64,000 bases of DNA from an uncultured Thermodesulfobacteriota bacterium (GTDB lineage Bacteria > Desulfobacterota > Desulfarculia > G963662305), in NCBI GenBank assembly GCA_964634465.1, contig CAZWLY010000019.1:71-64070 (forward strand), given 5' to 3'. The notes under the pieces are model-generated. The model was not told where the DNA came from. It worked only from the letters and a program-made list of their open reading frames with translations, and searched no databases. Each line of letters opens with the position of its first letter. Positions within the stretch are counted from its first letter, which is position 1. This document shows, piece by piece, positions 58,547 through 64,000 of this stretch. The translations under genes were made by a program, and so were the position numbers.

Positions 58547-60058
58547 CTACAGCTTTCGCTTCAACCAGACCTTGAGCCATTTCCGGGCTCTGGGCGTCAA
58601 CCGGGTCCGGTTGTAGGCCCCGGCCGCCTGTTTCAGGGCCATGGCCAGGGTCGGGTAGGGCTGAATGATCTCGGCCAGGGTCTTCAACCCGACCCCGCCG
58701 GCCATGGCCACCGTCACTTGGCCGATCAGCTCGCCGGCCATGGCCGAGCAGATGGTCGCACCCAATATCTTGTCGCTCCCTTTCTTGACGTAGAGTTTGA
58801 CGAAGCCGTTCTCCCGGCCGTCGGCCACGGCCCGATCGACCTGGTCGAGATCGACCTTGAACGTCTCCAACTCGATCCCCTGCTCCTCGGCCTGGGCCGG
58901 GGTGAGGCCGACGTGGGCCACTTCGGGATCGGTGTAGGTGCACCAGGGGATTATCAGCGACGACAGCTTCTTGCGTCCGGCGAAGAGGGCGTTTTGGATG
59001 ACGATCCGGGCCGCGGCGTCGGCGGTGTGGGTGAACTTCAGCGGCAGGCAGACATCGCCGGTGGCGTAGATGTTGGGGTTGGTCGTCCGGAGTCGATCAT
59101 CGACCTTGACCCCACGCTCATCGTACTCCACCCCGGCCGCCTCCAGGCCCAGATCGGTCACGTTGGGCGTTCGACCGGCGGCGACCAGGATCTCGTCGGC
59201 GGCCACGGCCAGCTCCTGGCCGTCGATTGCGAGGTGGATCACCTTGTCCCCGTCCCGGCGCTCGATGCGTTTGTAGGTCGATCGGAGCAGCAGCCTCACC
59301 CCGTCGGCCGACAGCGCTTCGGCGACGATGGCCGTCGCGTCCGTGTCCTCCCTGGGCATGATCCGCTCCGAGCGGCCGCAGAGGTAGACCTGGCTGCCCA
59401 ACCGCTGAAAGGCCTGGGCCAGTTCGCAGCCCAGCGGGCCGGGGCCGATCACGGCCAGGGAGCCGGGCCGCTCGGTCAGCTCGAAGACTGTCTCGTTGGT
59501 CAGGTAGCCGGTCTCGGCCAGGCCGGGAATCGGCGGGGCCGAGGCCCTGGCCCCGGTGGCGATGAGGGCCTTTCTGAACTTGAGCCTCCGGCCGCCCACC
59601 TCGATCGTGTCCGGCCCGGTGAAGCGACCCCGGCCCAGAAAGACGTCCACGCCGTGCTCTCGACAGCGGCGGGCCGAGTCGTTGACGCTGATTTTGGCCC
59701 GCACCGCCCGCATCCGTTCCATGACCGCAGCGAAGTCGGGCTCGGGCGGGGCCGCGTTTATCCCCAGCCGGGCCGCGTTTTTGATCTCGGCCGCCGCCCT
59801 GGCCGAGCGGATGAGCGCCTTGGAGGGCACGCAGCCCACGTTCAGGCAATCGCCGCCCATGAGGTGGGCTTCGACCAGGGCCACCTTGGCCCCCAACCCG
59901 GCCGCGCCGATGGCCGAGACCAGTCCGGCCGTACCCGCGCCGAGAACGACCAGATTGTACCTCGCCGCCGGGGTCGGGTTTTGCCAGTCGGCCGGGTGGA
60001 CGTTGTCGATCAGGGTCCGGTTGTGGACGTCGTCGGGCGACACCTTGGCCCGGCCCAT
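58547..60058 (-). CDS. Pyridine nucleotide-disulfide oxidoreductase (MerA/Lpd-like, no C-terminal Cys pair)
   Basis: GAGTAG, GGDCLNVGCVPSK, FTHTA, TYTDPEVAHVG. Confidence 0.9.
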   Translation of the reverse strand: MGRAKVSPDDVHNRTLIDNVHPADWQNPTPAARYNLVVLGAGTAGLVSAIGAAGLGAKVALVEAHLMGGDCLNVGCVPSKALIRSARAAAEIKNAARLGINAAPPEPDFAAVMERMRAVRAKISVNDSARRCREHGVDVFLGRGRFTGPDTIEVGGRRLKFRKALIATGARASAPPIPGLAETGYLTNETVFELTERPGSLAVIGPGPLGCELAQAFQRLGSQVYLCGRSERIMPREDTDATAIVAEALSADGVRLLLRSTYKRIERRDGDKVIHLAIDGQELAVAADEILVAAGRTPNVTDLGLEAAGVEYDERGVKVDDRLRTTNPNIYATGDVCLPLKFTHTADAAARIVIQNALFAGRKKLSSLIIPWCTYTDPEVAHVGLTPAQAEEQGIELETFKVDLDQVDRAVADGRENGFVKLYVKKGSDKILGATICSAMAGELIGQVTVAMAGGVGLKTLAEIIQPYPTLAMALKQAAGAYNRTRLTPRARKWLKVWLKRKL

Positions 60059-60059
60059 T

Positions 60060-60785
60060 TCAATCTCCTTTTCCGGCGCTTCCCTGGGCCGCCCTCCCCT
60101 TGAGCCGCTTTCTGGCCTGGGGCACGATGACGGCCAGCAAGGCGACGACGAAGGCCAGCACCCCGAGGTGAACCCAAGGCACCCGCCCGGCCTTGATCGC
60201 CTCGGTGACCGCGCCGGCCCCGCTGACGTAGAGCACCGTACCGGGCAGCATGCACAGCCACGACCAGCCGACGTAGGTCAGGAACCTGACCCTGGTCAAC
60301 CCGAAGGCGTAGTTCAAAAGATTGAAGGGGAAGAGGGGCACCAGCCTGGTTACGGCGACGATGATCGCTCCCTGCTCCTCGGTCAACTTGTCGAGCCGCT
60401 GGAATTTCTCCCGGCCGGCCAGCCACTTGGAGACGGCGTCCCGGGCCAGGTAGCGGCCGACCAGAAAGGCCAGGGCCGCACCCAGGGTGGCGGCGTTGAT
60501 CACCAGCACCGAGCCCCAGAAGGCGCCGAAGATCACGCCGGCGACGATGCTTATCGCCGAGCCGGGCAGGGCGGCCACGGTGGCGGCGACGTAGAGCAGG
60601 ATGAAGACGACCGGCCCCCAGAATCCGGCTCCCTCGATCCAGCCCTGGAGCCGGCCGATCTTCTCGCCCAGGCCCAGAAAGGGCGACGCGGCCATGATTG
60701 TCGCCACCGCGGCCAGCAGGATGATCGCCCGCCAGGGGATGTTTTTCCGGCCCGCTTGGGGAGCGTCGGTGCTTGTCGGCGGCAT
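60060..60785 (-). CDS. TVP38/TMEM64 (DedA/SNARE-associated) membrane protein
   Basis: GATLGAALAFLVGRY-like segment, RLVPLFPFNLLNYAFGLT, MLPGT. Confidence 0.9.
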   Translation of the reverse strand: MPPTSTDAPQAGRKNIPWRAIILLAAVATIMAASPFLGLGEKIGRLQGWIEGAGFWGPVVFILLYVAATVAALPGSAISIVAGVIFGAFWGSVLVINAATLGAALAFLVGRYLARDAVSKWLAGREKFQRLDKLTEEQGAIIVAVTRLVPLFPFNLLNYAFGLTRVRFLTYVGWSWLCMLPGTVLYVSGAGAVTEAIKAGRVPWVHLGVLAFVVALLAVIVPQARKRLKGRAAQGSAGKGD

Positions 60786-61066
60786 GGCCCCTCTCGTGAA
60801 CCGGTCGACAGATCGGCGGCGGCGATGGCCGGCGGAAAATATTATCAAAAAAATCAATAAGCTGCCGAGCCGGAGCGAATCGATCGCTGCCAAGAGTATA
60901 TAGCCGGTCTCAAGTCGCCGCAAGCCGAGCGAGGGCGGCCCCCGCCCGTTGACACCCGACCGGACGATGGTACAAAAAGGTATGGACTCGGGTCCGATCG
61001 GGCTTTGATCGAGTAAAGAAGAAGCCCGTCGGCCACAGCCGCCACCCCAGTCAGGAGCGAAAATTC

Positions 61067-61399
61067 ATGGACACTTACTACGACCCGGCGGATCTCTCCC
61101 GCTTCGAGGAGGTCGGCAAGGACGCCCCCGAGCTGGCCAAGAAGTTCTTCGATTACTACGGGGCCGTCTTCGCCGAGGGCGAGTTGAGCGAGCGCGAGAA
61201 GGCCCTCATCGCCCTGGCCGTGGCCCACGCCGTCCAGTGTCCCTACTGCATCGACGCCTACACCCAGGCCTGCCTGGAGAAAGGCAGCAACCTGGCCGAG
61301 ATGACCGAGGCTCTCCACGTGGCCAACGCCATCAGGGGCGGGGCGTCGTTGGTCCACGGCGTCCAGATGCGCAAGGTCGCCGAAAAGCTGTCGATGTAG
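61067..61399 (+). CDS. CMD/AhpD-like protein of the arsenosugar-cluster-associated type
   Basis: YYDPADL..F, EREKALIALAVAHAVQCPYCIDAY, IRGGASLVHGVQM. Confidence 0.9.
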   Translation: MDTYYDPADLSRFEEVGKDAPELAKKFFDYYGAVFAEGELSEREKALIALAVAHAVQCPYCIDAYTQACLEKGSNLAEMTEALHVANAIRGGASLVHGVQMRKVAEKLSM

Positions 61400-61410
61400 G
61401 GGAATCGGTC

Positions 61411-62427
61411 GTGCCCCGGCCCGCCGCCCTCACGGCCCAAGGACGGATCGAGACGGCCGGCGAATCGCCGGCGGTGGAGCCCTTCGCACGGGCCTTGAGC
61501 CGCCGCGGCCTGGAACTCAGGCGGGGCGAGACCGACACCCTCCAGATCAACGTCGGGCTGAGGTGCAATCAGACCTGTCGCCACTGTCACTTGAACGCCG
61601 GTCCGGGACGAAGAGAGATCATGGACCGAGAGACGATAGAGCGGGTCATCGACTTCGCCCGGCGGGGTGGATTTTCGACGATCGACGTCACCGGCGGCGC
61701 GCCGGAACTAAACCCCGACCTGCCCTACCTCCTCGAGAGAGTCAGGCCGCTGGCCGAGAAGGTGATGGTCAGGGCCAACCTGACCGCCCTGGCTCAACCC
61801 GGCCGGGAAGGGTTGCTGGAGCTTTTCCGCGACCTGATGATTACGGTGGTCGCCTCCTTTCCCTCGCTTTCCGAGTCCCAAGCCGACGCCCAGCGGGGCG
61901 AGGGCGTGTTTGCGCGCTCGATCGAAACGTTCAACAAGCTCTGCGCCCTGGGCTACGGCCGGGAGGGCTCGGGCCTGGAGCTGAACCTGGTCTCCAACCC
62001 GACCGGGGCGTTTCTGCCGCCCGAGCAGGCCCAGGCCGAGAAGCGCTTCCGCCGCCGGCTCTACGACAGGTGGGGGGTCGTTTTCAACAACCTCTTTACC
62101 TTCGCCAACGTCCCCCTGGGTCGCTTTCGGGACTGGTTGATCGAGTCGGGCAACCTGGACGGCTACCTGGCCAGGCTGGCCGACAAGTTCAACCCCTGCG
62201 CCCTTGACGGGGTAATGTGCCGGACGCTGGTCTCGGTCGATTGGAACGGGCGTCTCTACGACTGCGATTTCAACCTGGCGGCCGGGATACCCCTGGGCGG
62301 GAACCAGGTCCACGTCTCGGAGATGGCGGCCAAGCCCGAGCCAGGCTCGCTCATCGCCGTCGGCGATCACTGCTACACCTGCAGCGCCGGGGCCGGGTTC
62401 ACCTGAGGCGGGGCGATCGTGACCTGA
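61411..62427 (+). CDS. arsS: Radical SAM (seleno)protein of the ArsS family; Sec at TGA 62404-62406
   Basis: LQINVGLRCNQTCRHCH, TGGAPE, MCR..SVDWNG.LYDCDFN, HCYTCSAGAGFT-U-GGAIVT*. Confidence 0.88.
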
Positions 62428-62438
62428 GGTCTCGGGTC
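62421..62438 (+). promoter_or_regulatory. Bacterial SECIS-like hairpin
   Basis: GACCTGA-GGTC-TCGGGTC. The apical loop is 21 nt after the UGA, with an AGGUCU core as in the E. coli fdhF SECIS. Confidence 0.7.
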
Positions 62439-62608
62439 GTATTGTATAGCATCTTCCTGATCTTCAAAACCGTCACCACGTCTTGCCATAAGCCAAGCAA
62501 ATTGGTAGATTAGTGGAGTAAAAGACGACGCAATTGGAAACGAACTATATGAAAAAGACTTTAGGGACGAATATGGGTATGGTTGTTAACAATAGAGAAG
62601 TAGAGCGA

Positions 62609-63295
62609 ATGAATGTATACTGCGACGAAAGCCGACACACATCAAATCACGGAGATTCTTTTTTCGTAATAGGGGCTATTGAATGCCCAAGAAGCGAAAA
62701 AAGACGCATTATTCACCAAATAAATATTGCCAAAAGGCGACATGATACTCAAGGTGAATTCGGCTAGAAAAGACTGTCGCCAAACAAAAAAGATTTTTAT
62801 TGGGAGCTCGTTGATTTATTTAGACGCGAAGAGTCTCTTCGTTTTCGTTGCATTGTCGTTGATAAAATAATTCTGGATCATAAACTATACAATAAAGGGG
62901 ATGAGGAGCTAGGGTTTTATAAACTGTATTACCAAATGCTCGTCCATTGGCTTCGTCCCAACCACTCATATAATATATATTTAGATTGGCAGAAGAATAG
63001 GGCGCATAGTCGCTTTGCTGACCTGAGAAGGATTCTCCAGGCTAAGCTGTCTGAACAATTGATCATAGAGTGTCTCGAACCGGTTAGTTCCCACAAAATG
63101 CTGCTAGTTCAACTAGTTGATCTGTTCATAGGGGCAGTGGGTTATGCTTGGAACAACAGGTGCACAAGCCATACAAAAATATCTTTTATACGGCATCTTG
63201 CTAGGGCCGTAAACTTGCCCCAGTTGAACGTTTCTACGCCTTTAACTGCCGTGAAGTTTAACATATTCCAGTTTTCAGGACGACGTAATGAGTGA
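62609..63295 (+). pseudogene. DUF3800-family (RNase H-like) protein with an in-frame TAG at 62765-62767; low GC
   Basis: VYCDES N-terminal motif and QLVDLFIGA C-terminal motif. The frame is open on both sides of GEFG*KRLS, where Trp (TGG) is expected. Confidence 0.8.
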
Positions 63296-63804
63296 GCATC
63301 TTTGGCCTTTTTTGCGGTTAAAGGCAAAATCCAAAAAAGAACTCAAAGAACTTTACAAGAAAGTCTATTTAGATACTTATGTTAGGAGTCCCGACGGCAG
63401 TGAGATTGAAATATATGATTGGAAAAGGCGACGAGTTTATTTTTTCGGGTAGCTTTGATCATGCGTTTAGCCGCAGTACAAATTATCGTTTCTCACCCGA
63501 CCATGATATCGATTTTTCGGAGCAAAGAGCCCGTCGCATTTTATGGATTAAGGAGGTAGTTCAGTGCACGAAGGGAACGATAGGGCGATATGCTCAAATC
63601 AAAAAAGACTCTCGCGGAAGGATAGTGCAAAGACGAGTATTGGTAGTATTTGAAGAAAATTATGTTGTAGTCCTTGAACAGATGAAAAGAAGCCAGGACT
63701 TGAAATTTATTTCAGCCTTCCCCGCCGACCAGGACTATATAGAAAAAATCAGGAGGCGTGGCTTCTTGGAAAAAATAGAATGCCCCAGTCTTAATGGCGA
63801 CTGA
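63288..63804 (+). pseudogene. Basic hypothetical protein (possibly RelE/BECR-like RNase) coupled to DUF3800; +1 frameshift in a T6 run at 63440-63445
   Basis: ATG 63288 overlaps the DUF3800 end. MSEHLWPF..RRVYF joins SGSFDHAF..RARRILWIKEV..YVVVL..FISAFP if one T is removed. Confidence 0.65.
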
Positions 63805-63857
63805 GGCGCTGCCACGGTCCTAAGCCTTTGGCAAAGGGCCACCAGCCTTTCGGCTTA
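63770..63857 (-). ncRNA. Putative structured RNA (about 90 nt) convergent on the DUF3800 cassette
   Basis: AGCC-GAAA-GGCU hairpin, CCUUU-GCC-AAAGG hairpin, and a 9-bp stem with a G-U pair that forms only on the minus strand, followed by a U-tract. Confidence 0.65.
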
Positions 63858-63862
63858 CTGTA

Positions 63863-63891
63863 AGTATAAGGACTCCCCGTACACATTTCAA
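63863..63891 (-). promoter_or_regulatory. Near-consensus sigma70 promoter for the putative ncRNA
   Basis: TTGAAA(63891-63886)-17 nt-TATACT(63868-63863). Confidence 0.7.
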
Positions 63892-64000
63892 GCTTTTTTC
63901 AAGCCATGCTATCTTAAAATACTTGGAACGAAACGTAACGCCAAAAGGGTTGATTTGTTCAGTCAACCTTTTTAGGGGGCATTTTGCTGAACTTTTTCAC

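Noticed and set aside
58547-60058. Mercuric reductase merA
   Set aside because: No C-terminal Cys-Cys pair, no NmerA domain and no mer genes; the context is the arsenosugar-type cluster.
62425-62427. Second TGA after arsS as another selenocysteine
   Set aside because: The family ends a few residues after the U/C-GG motif, and this TGA lies inside the SECIS stem with no second SECIS downstream.

Overview
GC-rich chromosomal segment, most consistent with a Desulfobacterota (deltaproteobacterial) anaerobe; this is inferred from gene content only. Left to right: the end of an integrated element (SAM methyltransferase, MarR regulator, large serine recombinase, DUF2924) next to the 3' end of tRNA-Asn; a thiolase; a 1522-aa secreted mosaic protein (internal duplication, ZU5-like HFS motif, papain-like Cys-His-Asp domain, PKD); housekeeping genes (ispG-proS-relA/spoT, rpmB, bamD, trxAB, gcvH, a CbbQ/CbbO-like AAA+/vWA pair); dnaA-dnaN with a probable oriC between them; cooC; a frameshifted low-GC NYN nuclease gene and a frameshifted adenylate cyclase; several PAS/GAF histidine kinases; a selenocysteine rhodanese-ferritin fusion; a CODH/ACS (Wood-Ljungdahl) operon acsD-cooS-acsB-acsC-acsE; an arsenosugar-type cluster with a selenocysteine ArsS; and a low-GC DUF3800 two-gene cassette. 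The best leads are (1) a structured antisense ncRNA with its own promoter converging on the DUF3800 cassette, (2) an unannotated 40-aa ORF in the acs operon that repeats the C-terminal motif of the long AcsD tail, and (3) the probably autoprocessed secreted mosaic protein. All family calls come from motif recognition by eye; no searches were run.
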